Shown piece by piece: positions 40,824-50,482 of a DNA stretch of 64,000 nt. The DNA comes from an uncultured Chloroflexia bacterium (GTDB lineage: Bacteria > Chloroflexota > Chloroflexia > QHBQ01 > JADMIH01). The stretch lies in assembly GCA_963797095.1 (NCBI GenBank), contig CAWCNY010000005.1, positions 544,001-608,000 on the forward strand. Reading direction: 5' to 3'. The notes beneath the pieces were generated by a model that worked only from the letters and a program-made list of their open reading frames with translations, did no database searches and was not told where the DNA came from. Numbering within the stretch: position 1 is the first letter of the stretch; each line of letters starts with the position of its first letter. The position numbers and the translations under genes were made by a program.

Positions 40824-42062
40824 ATGACACTCAGCATAATTAGACGAATAGCAATCCTGCTCATGACAGTATGGGCCATCCTGATCACTTCGGTAGCCCT
40901 TACCGCCACACCCTCCGCCTTCGCGCAAAGCGAGTCCGGTGACACTGTCGTAGACCATGACCTGACAATTGACTCCGGCCAGACGTTGCAGGGCGACGTT
41001 AAAGTCAATGGCGGCGACCTCACGGTCTATGGCATCATCCAGGGCACAGCCAACGTGGTCGATGGCAACGCCGACATCAGCGGCCAGGTCCTGGGAGACC
41101 TCACCGTGCTTGGCGACGGCAATATCACCCTGGGCGAAGGAAGCTTCGTAGATGGCAACGTAATATCGGCGGGCAATATTGAGATCGATGATAACAGCCA
41201 CGTCACGGGCAGTGTCACATCGCTCGGCGGCAACATCTCCGTATCTGAAAGCGCCATCGTTGATGGCACTACAGGCAAAATCGACAATCCTGCTCAAGCT
41301 ATCGAGAACTTCATCAACTCGAACATGCCGCATACCTCCGGTTCTCCCTCCAACCTCGATGAGCAAATCGGCCCGTTCTCGCGCTTCTTCGGTTGGATTG
41401 GCCTGGGCATCTTTAGCGCGATAGTGCTGACCCTCGCCGTGGGTCTCACAGCCCTCGTGCCGCGTCGCATCCGCGTATCCAGCGTCACCCTTGAGTCCGA
41501 GCCTGGCCCTTCCGTAGTGGTAGGCGTAATCGCGGCCCTGCTCATCTTCCCGGTATTCGGCATAGCCACTATGGCCCTGGCGATCACCGTCGTTGGCATC
41601 GTCCTCATCCCTGTGCTTGCGCTGGCGGTCTTCCTTGCGTTCCTCTTCGGCTTCGTTGTAGTCAGTCAGTGGCTAGGCAAACGCCTGTACGAGAACGTCC
41701 GCCCCAATGATTCGCCCTTCGAATTGCGCCAATCTCAGTCGACCGCCATCGTTATTGAGGTACTATTGGGCGCGTCCGTGATCCTCGCTTCCATGACCTT
41801 CCCTGCTATCTTCCTTCCCGGCTGGATCACTGCTATGCTGCTCGGCATTATCTACCTCGTATCCTGCATAGGTATAGGCTCGGCCATCTTGAGCAAGCTA
41901 GGCACCCTCCAACCCCCCAGGCGCAACGGCCACAGGCGCACCATCATATATCCCACGCCCGTTCACAACCACTACGGCTCGGCCCTACCTCATACCCCGG
42001 TCCATGTCCACGGCAACACACGCCCCCTCGGACCCGTCCCCACCCTTCCCAAAGAAGAGTAA
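40824..42062 (+). CDS. Membrane protein with a bactofilin/polymer-forming beta-helix-like N-terminal domain
   Basis: Signal peptide, repeated V.GDV/I.G.V motifs, then about 5 TM helices. Confidence 0.75.
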   Translation: MTLSIIRRIAILLMTVWAILITSVALTATPSAFAQSESGDTVVDHDLTIDSGQTLQGDVKVNGGDLTVYGIIQGTANVVDGNADISGQVLGDLTVLGDGNITLGEGSFVDGNVISAGNIEIDDNSHVTGSVTSLGGNISVSESAIVDGTTGKIDNPAQAIENFINSNMPHTSGSPSNLDEQIGPFSRFFGWIGLGIFSAIVLTLAVGLTALVPRRIRVSSVTLESEPGPSVVVGVIAALLIFPVFGIATMALAITVVGIVLIPVLALAVFLAFLFGFVVVSQWLGKRLYENVRPNDSPFELRQSQSTAIVIEVLLGASVILASMTFPAIFLPGWITAMLLGIIYLVSCIGIGSAILSKLGTLQPPRRNGHRRTIIYPTPVHNHYGSALPHTPVHVHGNTRPLGPVPTLPKEE

Positions 42063-42224
42063 ACAGCGCTTCAAAAACTGTACTTAAGTACAACCCAAAA
42101 CCTGTCCAGTTTTGTCCCACCAATGCCCTTTAGTTAATGAGGGAGATCCAACCCTCTAGCACCGAAAGATCGCCAAAAACAGCGGAGATAACGGAAAACC
42201 TGTACCAAAGTCTACATTTCACGC

Positions 42225-42923
42225 TCAAACGATCTCAATAATCTCGTCCAGGCGCTTGCGCCGCAAATCGGGAACCATGCACCCCGCCGCCGGATAACCC
42301 ACAGGCAGCAACAGGAACGGCTTTTCGTTGCGCGGTCTCCCCAGGATGCGGTTCAGGAACCCCATAGGGTTCGGCGTATGCGTCACGCTGACCACCCCCG
42401 CCTGGTGCAGGCTTGCGATTAGCAGCCCCACCGCCAGGCCCACCGACTCTTTCACGTAATAGTGCTTGATGTGCCGCTCAGGCTCGCCAGGCGCACTCCC
42501 AGGCTCTACCCCGTAATCTATCTGGAACACCACTATCAGATAGGGCGCATCGTCAAGGAAATCCTTGTGCCAGTCGGTTCCCAACCGGGCCAGGGCATGC
42601 TTCCACTCGTCCGGGAAACGGCGCTCGTAGTTATCACGCTCCTCCGCTTCGGCAGCTTCACGTATCGCGTGCTTAACCTCCGGGTTATGCACCACCACAA
42701 ACCGCCAGGGCTGCTGGTGCGCCCCCGAAGGCGCGGTATTGGCTGTCTCTATCGCGCTCAAGATCAACTCAAGGGGAGGCACCCGCCCAGGAGCGAAATG
42801 CCGCACAGTCCGCCTCTTCCTCATAACATTGAGGAAGTCACGGCTCCGTTCCAATGCTTCGTCCTCCGGCACCGCTTCGTATTCTAGAGGTACATACACA
42901 GCCTCAGGATATTGCTCTATCAT
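42225..42923 (-). CDS. Nitroreductase family protein, iodotyrosine deiodinase-like
   Basis: RRTVRHF, APSGAHQQPW, LGTDWHKDFL, YYVKESVG, THTP. Confidence 0.88.
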   Translation of the reverse strand: MIEQYPEAVYVPLEYEAVPEDEALERSRDFLNVMRKRRTVRHFAPGRVPPLELILSAIETANTAPSGAHQQPWRFVVVHNPEVKHAIREAAEAEERDNYERRFPDEWKHALARLGTDWHKDFLDDAPYLIVVFQIDYGVEPGSAPGEPERHIKHYYVKESVGLAVGLLIASLHQAGVVSVTHTPNPMGFLNRILGRPRNEKPFLLLPVGYPAAGCMVPDLRRKRLDEIIEIV

Positions 42924-43999
42924 ACGCGCTCACCAACCTCCAGCCCATATGAGGGCAATACGCGCTCGGCAATCGTGTGCATCTCATGCTCCCGCGCAAC
43001 ATACTCGATCCCCCGCCGTCCCAACTCCGACCAGGTCTCAGCGTGCAAAATCAACTCCTCCAACACCGAGTAAATATCGCGCCCCGACGTCCTTCGTCTT
43101 TCGTCCGCAAACGGCTCAGCACTAACTATCGGCAGATCCTCAGCATAACACTTCCGCAGGTCGTCCCGGATGCGACATACTACCGGCACGCCCTTCGCCA
43201 TCATCTCGATAGACACCGTCCCGTACGCGCCGATCATCAACTGGTCAACAGCGATATCCGCCCGGTCGCAGAACTGCACTACCTCGCTATGAGGCACACC
43301 CTCCAGCAGCATCAACTCCATCGGATATCCGGCACCTTTCAATCGCTCGACGGCAGCCACCAGGTGCCCCGTCCCCTTGATCGACCGGTCCGAGGGCGCG
43401 TGCAAGATCCGAACGGGGTCGTCCGCCGTAATAGGCGTCGTGCGCGGCGGTCGAGGCGTCCACTTGCCCAGGTCAACCGGGCCGGGCATCAGTACCGCCC
43501 CTGGCACAAACTCCAGGAGGTCCGGCGTAGACACCAGCGTAACATCCGCCCACTTAGGGTCTGGATGATGCTTTTGCATACACACCAGCGACAGGCACTC
43601 GCTGCACCCGCTAACCTCGTACTTACTGATCGAAACATCCCGCCCGCGCACCTCGCACCCGCAAAAGTGGAACACGATCTTCTTGCCCAGCCGCTTCAAC
43701 AAAAGCAAATCCGGGTAGGGATAAGGGAACAGCGTATTCCCGAAGTAGAGATGAAACACATCGTAACGCCCGATCGCGTCCAGCGCGAACAGTCCGGTCG
43801 CGACCACCTTCTTCACAGGATTATCCCCGTGTGCCAGGTTCAGCGTGCGGTCGGTGCCAAAATCGTACTTGTGCGCCACATACTGGACCGAAGTGGCGTC
43901 AAATCCCAGGTCCCGCTCGGCCCGCGCCAGCAGGCCCGCGATCCCGGCTATATTGGTCGGCGCGTGCAATATTCGCGGCCCGTTCTTGTGCTCTACCAT
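42920..43999 (-). CDS. GT-B (GT4-like) glycosyltransferase
   Basis: HFCGCEVR, HAPSDRSIKGT, ADIAVDQL, EMMAKGVPV. Confidence 0.85.
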   Translation of the reverse strand: MVEHKNGPRILHAPTNIAGIAGLLARAERDLGFDATSVQYVAHKYDFGTDRTLNLAHGDNPVKKVVATGLFALDAIGRYDVFHLYFGNTLFPYPYPDLLLLKRLGKKIVFHFCGCEVRGRDVSISKYEVSGCSECLSLVCMQKHHPDPKWADVTLVSTPDLLEFVPGAVLMPGPVDLGKWTPRPPRTTPITADDPVRILHAPSDRSIKGTGHLVAAVERLKGAGYPMELMLLEGVPHSEVVQFCDRADIAVDQLMIGAYGTVSIEMMAKGVPVVCRIRDDLRKCYAEDLPIVSAEPFADERRRTSGRDIYSVLEELILHAETWSELGRRGIEYVAREHEMHTIAERVLPSYGLEVGERV

Positions 44000-44008
44000 C
44001 CTTCAATT

Positions 44009-45241
44009 CTAACAAATATCAAGGAGTCTTTCGTATACCTCCACCAATTTCCGCCCTTGCGCCTCCCATGTATATTGCGGCGCTACCCGCAACAGGTTTT
44101 CCCGCACTCCTGCTGCCTCAGCAGGTCTTGTCAGCAGCCCGTTTATAGCCGAGGCATATGCCTGCGGGCTATCCAGCTTCGCCACCATTCCCAGCCCATC
44201 GCTCACGATCACCTTGCGCAGATACGGCAAATCGCTCGCCACGATTGGCAACCCGGCCTGGATGAAATCGAACAGCTTGTTGGGCGAAGTGTAGTAATTG
44301 TTCAAGTCCACCGCCTGATAAGGTATCACCCCTAAATCCGCCGACGCGCAATAGGCCAGGAGGTCGCGCTGGGGCACAGCGGGAATAAAGTGCACCAGCC
44401 CCTCAGGCTCCGCGCTCGCCATCTCCCTCAAAATCTCCTCGTACTCGCCATAGCCCATGAACACCACCACCGCGCCATCAACCAACAGCCGCGCCGACCT
44501 CACTAGGTTCTCCAGTCCCCTTCCCTCCGACATCCATCCCTGGTACAGCACCACCTTGCGCTCAGGTGCCAACCCCAACTGCTCGCGTATGCGGTCATAC
44601 CTTCCGCGTGGGTCGAACCCTTGCGGCGGATCGGGGCAATTCAGCACCACTAGCGGTGGCGGCACGCCATAACGCTTACCCATCTCCTCCGCGATCAACT
44701 CGTTCACCGTGATCGCCAGGTCAGCCTGGGGCAGCAACCTTCCCTCAAGCCGCCGCCAAGATCTGCGCTTCAACCGCACCCAGCGGTTCGCCATCTCAGG
44801 GAAAAGCTCATGCGCATCATACACGAGCTTTGCCCCTCGCTTCCTGGCCGCACTGTAGGCCACCTGCAAGTTATTCAAATCATGCGCGTGATAAACGTCA
44901 CCAGCCCCTCGCACAGCCGGGCTCAGTGCCCGCAAAGTGAAGGTATGCTTCCCGGTCAGCACGCTCCAGAGGGCCGCTGCCTGCGTTCCGCGCGTCACCC
45001 CAGCCAATCGGTACAACCACCCGAACCGTGGATCTCGCCCTCTCACCGCCACCCACTCAACCGGCAGCCCGTCCACGCTGCCCATCTCGTCGCGCTCGTC
45101 ACCCGACCGGGTGATAATCCGCACGTCCAACCCCGCATTGGTGAGTGTACGTGCCTCCTGAAGAATGCGGCGTGTCACCTCCACGTCCTGCGTGATCATC
45201 ACCACTCTGGTCTTCCGTTCGCGTTTGGCAGCTTCAGGCAT
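44009..45241 (-). CDS. GT4 glycosyltransferase
   Basis: YHAHDL, VYDAHE, RGLE, SPNKLFDFIQAGLPIVASD. Confidence 0.93.
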   Translation of the reverse strand: MPEAAKRERKTRVVMITQDVEVTRRILQEARTLTNAGLDVRIITRSGDERDEMGSVDGLPVEWVAVRGRDPRFGWLYRLAGVTRGTQAAALWSVLTGKHTFTLRALSPAVRGAGDVYHAHDLNNLQVAYSAARKRGAKLVYDAHELFPEMANRWVRLKRRSWRRLEGRLLPQADLAITVNELIAEEMGKRYGVPPPLVVLNCPDPPQGFDPRGRYDRIREQLGLAPERKVVLYQGWMSEGRGLENLVRSARLLVDGAVVVFMGYGEYEEILREMASAEPEGLVHFIPAVPQRDLLAYCASADLGVIPYQAVDLNNYYTSPNKLFDFIQAGLPIVASDLPYLRKVIVSDGLGMVAKLDSPQAYASAINGLLTRPAEAAGVRENLLRVAPQYTWEAQGRKLVEVYERLLDIC

Positions 45242-45387
45242 AGGTCCATTGTATGGGCGAGCCTGACCCCGGTCAAGCGCATCGCCTTATATTGAACAAT
45301 GAATGGCTACTTTTCGGCCTGTAAACTGAGCGCCCGTACGAGCGACAATATCACCATCAAATACCATGTAAGGAGGGTACTTCCCCC

Positions 45388-45873
45388 ATGAAACGAGCCA
45401 GACTCACCCTGCTCCTGGTGCTGGCCTTAGCCCCCGTACTTGCGTCCTGCGACAGTGGCACATCTTCATCAGGCGCTGCCTCATGCTCAGGCAGCTTCGA
45501 AGCGTCGGTTGACCAGGACACAATCGTCGCCGGGAACCTCAAGATCGATGTAGACCAGTCAGGCAAACTGACAGGCACACTCACCCCTGCCACAGGTGAC
45601 GCTCTCGCTGTATCCGGTGCAGTAAGCGGTCAGGCCATCAATATAGCCATCTCGATGGGCAACGATCAGTACCTCTTCGGCTCTGGCACATTCACGCAGC
45701 CCGTTAGCCAGTGCGCGGGCGTGGCGGGAGGTACCTTCGCGGTCGAGACTATCAAAGGCGGATCCACTGCGGGCCGCCTCCCGATCCTCGCTGCCCCACT
45801 ACAGCAGCCTCCTTCGCAACTCACAATCGAGAATAAGCGCATAGGCATCTGGGGCTATGCTATCGGCGGCTGA
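45388..45873 (+). CDS. Hypothetical lipoprotein
   Basis: Signal peptide with lipobox LAS-C; AAGGAGG RBS upstream. Confidence 0.75.
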   Translation: MKRARLTLLLVLALAPVLASCDSGTSSSGAASCSGSFEASVDQDTIVAGNLKIDVDQSGKLTGTLTPATGDALAVSGAVSGQAINIAISMGNDQYLFGSGTFTQPVSQCAGVAGGTFAVETIKGGSTAGRLPILAAPLQQPPSQLTIENKRIGIWGYAIGG

Positions 45874-45900
45874 CCGTGATCCGGGAAGCGAGAAGCATAT

Positions 45901-47922
45901 CTAATGAGAGCCGGCACCTTGTCCCGCCCTGCGGAACACATCCAGCCACAGCACAAGGTTGGTCCATCGCCACACCTGTGCAGTGCCCCCAGGCTGTGCA
46001 AGCAGCTCCGGCACTCTTCCTCGTATGTGGTGCAGGTCAAGGAACTCCGACCCTGTGCCGGACGACAATATCTCTAGCAGGCGTCCTTGCCCCGCTTTCA
46101 GCCACTGTTGCTCAGGCGTCTCGAAGCCAACCTTGTCGCGCCGCCACACTATCTCCTCAGGTAAGCTATTCGACACGGCCTCGCGCTGAATCCACTTGGT
46201 CCAACCATCTTTCAACCGCAGGTGTGGGGCCTGGGTGAACACGTACTCCACCAGTCTGTAATCAAGGAACGGCACTCTCGCCTCGATTGAGAATGCCATC
46301 GAGTTGCGGTCCTCATAACGCAAAAGTGTGGGCAGAGAATCTTCAAGCATAAGGCGGGCAAGGTGCGTGTTGAGGTTTCGCAGGTTGGAATAGCCATCGC
46401 CCCAATCCTCCGCGACTCCCCGCACTCTATGCCCAAGGTCGGGAGCAAGCCCCGATCTATCCAACGCTTGCCTCACCCGCAAAGCTCTCACCTGTTTGAG
46501 TAAGGGCGTGGGCAACTGCCCCGCTACCCCGCGCACGAGCAGCGATAGAGGACTTAGGCCCGTGATCTCCTGTATCCGCTGTGCCTCTCCGAGCGCCTGC
46601 GTCAAGCTCCCGGAGCGCAACAATTGCCCCAACCACACAGCGAACGGTCGATACCCACCCAGCATTTCGTCCGCCCCCTGCCCATCAAGCAGCACCGTCA
46701 CCCCTCGCTCGCGCGCCAGCCGCATCACGCACCACTGCGCAAACATACTGGTCGATTGGAAAGGCTCGTCCTGGTACCACACCAGCTTCTCAAGATCATC
46801 CCACAGTCCCTCACCTGTCGGGTACACATAGTTCTCGGCCGCACCCATGTTCTCGACCACCTGCTCAATATATCGCCGCTCGTTCCAGGGTCCTTCCGCC
46901 TGATAGACAGCGCTGACTGTCTGCTGGTGTTCGCCAAGCCGCTCCAACGACACCGCATGCTCTGTCTGCATCAACCTGCCCGCCACCGCCACTATAGAAG
47001 ACGAATCAAGACCCCCTGACAGGCATGTACCAACCGGCACATCGGCGCGCAGTCGCAGGCGTACTGCGTCGGTAAATAGCTCGCCATAGCGTGTTACCGC
47101 ATCAACCTCGGATACATGTGCATCACTTGGCTCAACGGGAAGCGACCAGAACCGGCGTGCCCTGCGCCCTTCCCGCGAGATAGTCGCGTAATAGCCTCCC
47201 GGCAGCGCCTGTACCCCGTTGAAAAAGGTCTCGCCACGCACATGCGACGGCATTACGCCTTCGGCTACATAGCGCGCCACCGCGCCCTCCGACGGGCTGA
47301 AACCCACCAATCCACCCGCCAGCAGCGCCTTGATCTCCGACCCGAAAGCGAACGCGCCATCGCTTCGCGACACAGTATACAAGGGCTTTATTCCAAATCG
47401 GTCTCGCGAAACGACAAGTTGCCTCTTGCGCGCATCCCATAACGCCAAAGCCCACATCCCGTTGAAACGTTGGAAGCACTCGGTACCCCACTGGCGGTAT
47501 GCGGCCAGGATCACTTCACTGTCGGTACCTGTAACAAATCTGTGTCCATAGCCAACCAGTTCGTCCCGCAACTCGATGTAGTTGTACACTTCACCATTGA
47601 AAATCAGCCACGCATCGCGTTCGCCAGCCGGCATAGGCTGGTGCCCTGCGGGCGACAGATCCAGGATGGAGAGCCGCCGGAACCCAAACGCCAGGTCAAA
47701 CCGTTCGCCAATGACCGCCATATACTCGCGGATGTGGGGCAATCCCAACTCGGGCCGCGTATCGTCCCCACCGCACAACACTACACGCCCGGAGCGAGTG
47801 TCAACCAGCAAATACCCTTCATCGTCCGGCCCCCGGTGCCTCAGCGAAGCTATAGCTCTACGCACCGCCCCCAGGTCGACCGACCTGCCGTTTGTCTGCC
47901 AGATACCATAAATACCGCACAT
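45901..47922 (-). CDS. asnB: Asparagine-synthetase-like glutamine amidotransferase, probably acting on glycan uronic acids
   Basis: MCGI, HRGPD, RRLSILDLS, FNGEVYN, LSGGLDSS, GQGADE, RVPFLD. Confidence 0.93.
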   Translation of the reverse strand: MCGIYGIWQTNGRSVDLGAVRRAIASLRHRGPDDEGYLLVDTRSGRVVLCGGDDTRPELGLPHIREYMAVIGERFDLAFGFRRLSILDLSPAGHQPMPAGERDAWLIFNGEVYNYIELRDELVGYGHRFVTGTDSEVILAAYRQWGTECFQRFNGMWALALWDARKRQLVVSRDRFGIKPLYTVSRSDGAFAFGSEIKALLAGGLVGFSPSEGAVARYVAEGVMPSHVRGETFFNGVQALPGGYYATISREGRRARRFWSLPVEPSDAHVSEVDAVTRYGELFTDAVRLRLRADVPVGTCLSGGLDSSSIVAVAGRLMQTEHAVSLERLGEHQQTVSAVYQAEGPWNERRYIEQVVENMGAAENYVYPTGEGLWDDLEKLVWYQDEPFQSTSMFAQWCVMRLARERGVTVLLDGQGADEMLGGYRPFAVWLGQLLRSGSLTQALGEAQRIQEITGLSPLSLLVRGVAGQLPTPLLKQVRALRVRQALDRSGLAPDLGHRVRGVAEDWGDGYSNLRNLNTHLARLMLEDSLPTLLRYEDRNSMAFSIEARVPFLDYRLVEYVFTQAPHLRLKDGWTKWIQREAVSNSLPEEIVWRRDKVGFETPEQQWLKAGQGRLLEILSSGTGSEFLDLHHIRGRVPELLAQPGGTAQVWRWTNLVLWLDVFRRAGQGAGSH

Positions 47923-47963
47923 GGAGGGATTATAACAGACTAAAGGTTGAGGACGTCACAATC

Positions 47964-49331
47964 ATGTCTTATACTACGGCGAGGTCTATTCAAATGGGCA
48001 TTGGTCGAAACAGCATATTTGGGATGGCTGCTGATGTTCTGGTTTTTGGCTTAGGCATCATTGTCAGTATTATTCTCACACGAAACCTCGGACCTGAGCA
48101 GCGAGGAGTTTATGTATTGCTGGTTACCACCAATCTCCTCCTGTCAAATCTGGTTCATCTGAGCCTGGCTAATGCACTCAGCACAATGTTGGCCCGTGGG
48201 CGCTATCGTTTGGGTGAGGCCAATGTAGTTGCTCTGTTATTAGCTGTCGCACTGGGGATTGCATGTCTCCTTGTTGTCACCCTGATCTTTCCATTCATAT
48301 CTGATAGTGTTTTTCACAACGTCCCATATGGCCTTTTGTTGGTATCGCTTGTTCTCATTCCGACCACAATCTATCAGATGTATTGGAGTGCCATCATGGT
48401 TGGCACGAACCGCCCTTTGCTGTTAAGCAAGGTGAATCTATCGACAAACATAGTCAATGCCGTTCTGATGATCTTTCTGGTGGGATTCCTAAGTCTTGGT
48501 ATGACCGGTTTTATTTCTGCATGGACTACAAGTTCAGTGCTCGGTTTTGCAGTTATGGTGTTCATATCCATCAGGATGGACGAGCACACTTGGAAACCAA
48601 GTCGTGCAGCCGTTCAGGACATGCTTAAGTTTGCAATCAAAGGTCATGGAGCTCAAGTAGCTCATCAGATCTTCTTAAGGTTCGATGTTTACGCAGTGAA
48701 TATACTTATCGGTTCAGCCGGTGTTGGCTACTATTCTCTGGCCACATCCCTAGCTGAGAAGCTTTGGTTGCCATTGAACGCAATGCACGCTGCATCAGTC
48801 GGCAAGATTGCACAACTTCCTCAGGATGAATCAGCCATGCTCACTGCTAAGATAACTCGGACATCCGTCTTGCTTATGATATCAGTAGCAATACCATTTG
48901 GTCTGATAAGCCCCTGGTTGATCCCATTTCTATACGGAACCCAATTCGACGCTGCTGTGGGGCCGCTGCTTATTCTACTGGGTGGCACCCTGAGCTTTGC
49001 AGTTATGTGGGTTGTGAACGACTACATTCTCGGCCAGATGCAGCGTCCCGGATTACTCTCTGTAGTTGCATGGATCCAACTTGGTATCAGTGTGCCACTC
49101 TATATAACACTAATACTCTGGCAAGGCATCGTTGGCGCGGCTATTGCTTCAACCATTACGTACTTAATTGCGATGGGAGTTACACTCTATATCTTTTGTC
49201 ATCATTCTGGTCTCAAGCTGGCATCTCTTCTAATCCCCAAGCGCGCTGACTTCGCAGATTACTTACGCGTTCTTGCTTCCATGCTTACCTTCTTGCCGTT
49301 CCTCAAACGTGTCGATCGCCGTCCTTCATAA
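47964..49331 (+). CDS. Wzx-type oligosaccharide flippase (MOP family)
   Basis: RNLGPEQRG, GYYSLA, LYGTQF, GIVGAAIAS; 12 or more TM helices. Confidence 0.9.
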   Translation: MSYTTARSIQMGIGRNSIFGMAADVLVFGLGIIVSIILTRNLGPEQRGVYVLLVTTNLLLSNLVHLSLANALSTMLARGRYRLGEANVVALLLAVALGIACLLVVTLIFPFISDSVFHNVPYGLLLVSLVLIPTTIYQMYWSAIMVGTNRPLLLSKVNLSTNIVNAVLMIFLVGFLSLGMTGFISAWTTSSVLGFAVMVFISIRMDEHTWKPSRAAVQDMLKFAIKGHGAQVAHQIFLRFDVYAVNILIGSAGVGYYSLATSLAEKLWLPLNAMHAASVGKIAQLPQDESAMLTAKITRTSVLLMISVAIPFGLISPWLIPFLYGTQFDAAVGPLLILLGGTLSFAVMWVVNDYILGQMQRPGLLSVVAWIQLGISVPLYITLILWQGIVGAAIASTITYLIAMGVTLYIFCHHSGLKLASLLIPKRADFADYLRVLASMLTFLPFLKRVDRRPS

Positions 49332-49336
49332 CATCC

Positions 49337-50482
49337 ATGCGTGTGCTCATAATCCCCTCCTGGTATCCTACATCTTCGAAGCCTGTGAACGGCATTTTTA
49401 TCCGTGAGCAAGCGGATGCACTTAGTTCAGAACATGAAGTACGAGTGCTTTACCTTGATGTTCTGCCCCGTAAAACGAACGCTAAGCCAAGGCATACTCT
49501 CAAGTCGGATCGAGGTTATGTTGAGGAGATTATTGAGATATCCAATACGACCTTGGTATGGCAGTTTGTATACCTATTGCGCCTGGCCCAGGTACTTAGG
49601 AGGCTTCGTCACGACTTTGTACCAGAGATAGTCCATGCGCACATTGCTGTACCAGCTGGATGGGCTACCGCTTTGCTTCATAAGATTGTCGGTGCCCCGG
49701 TCGTGCTGACAGAAAATAGTAGTGAATTCGGATCTTGGTTGAAAAGACCTGGCTTAAGATGGATGGCTAAATTGGCTTTTTCCCATGTAAATCTTGTCAT
49801 CGCCGTCAGTGAGGGTCAGCGAAAGAGGATCGAAAATACGTTTCACAGGCATAAAGGCATGGTGGTCGTTCCCAATATAGTAGACACCACAAGGTTCAAG
49901 CCGAGCCCCCTACCAGGGTCAGATAGAGCTTATCGCCTTCTGTTTGTAGGTTTGATGGACACGGATCAAAAGGGTGTACAAGTGCTCCTGCGCGCACTTG
50001 CCCTCATACAAGATCAGAATGCACTGGCAGTACCCTTGCATGTAGACATGGTTGGTGACGGAGTCTTAAGATCACAATACGAACAGGAGGCTAAGCGCTT
50101 GCATGTGGACAATATGCTCACCTTTCATGGATTGCTGGAGCATACTGCTGTCGCTCAGTTGCTACGCCACTGTCACGCGCTTGTTTTACCCAGCCTCCAT
50201 GAGGCATTACCCCTGGTAATCATCGAAGCCATGGCGAGCGGGCGCCCCGTCATCAGTACACGATGTGGGGGACCGGAGTATATGATTTCAGACGAAACTG
50301 GACTGTTAGTAGAACCCGGGCAACCAGAACCGCTAGCTGCGGCCATTGTAACCCTGCTTGCCCATTTGGAGAGTTATGACCCTCAGAGGATAGCTGCCTA
50401 TGCAAGCAGTCGGTACAGCTACGATGCTGTATCGACTGCTCTTGCGAGACTATATTTGTGTTTGCGGGCTAATTACGTCTAA
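49337..50482 (+). CDS. GT4 glycosyltransferase (TuaC-like)
   Basis: [37 protein letters not shown]. Confidence 0.92.
   Translation: MRVLIIPSWYPTSSKPVNGIFIREQADALSSEHEVRVLYLDVLPRKTNAKPRHTLKSDRGYVEEIIEISNTTLVWQFVYLLRLAQVLRRLRHDFVPEIVHAHIAVPAGWATALLHKIVGAPVVLTENSSEFGSWLKRPGLRWMAKLAFSHVNLVIAVSEGQRKRIENTFHRHKGMVVVPNIVDTTRFKPSPLPGSDRAYRLLFVGLMDTDQKGVQVLLRALALIQDQNALAVPLHVDMVGDGVLRSQYEQEAKRLHVDNMLTFHGLLEHTAVAQLLRHCHALVLPSLHEALPLVIIEAMASGRPVISTRCGGPEYMISDETGLLVEPGQPEPLAAAIVTLLAHLESYDPQRIAAYASSRYSYDAVSTALARLYLCLRANYV

Noticed and set aside
42977-44335. Long antisense ORFs (also 4477-5529, 56166-57215, 12449-13189)
   Set aside because: They are shadows of well-supported genes on the opposite strand in GC-rich DNA and show no motifs.
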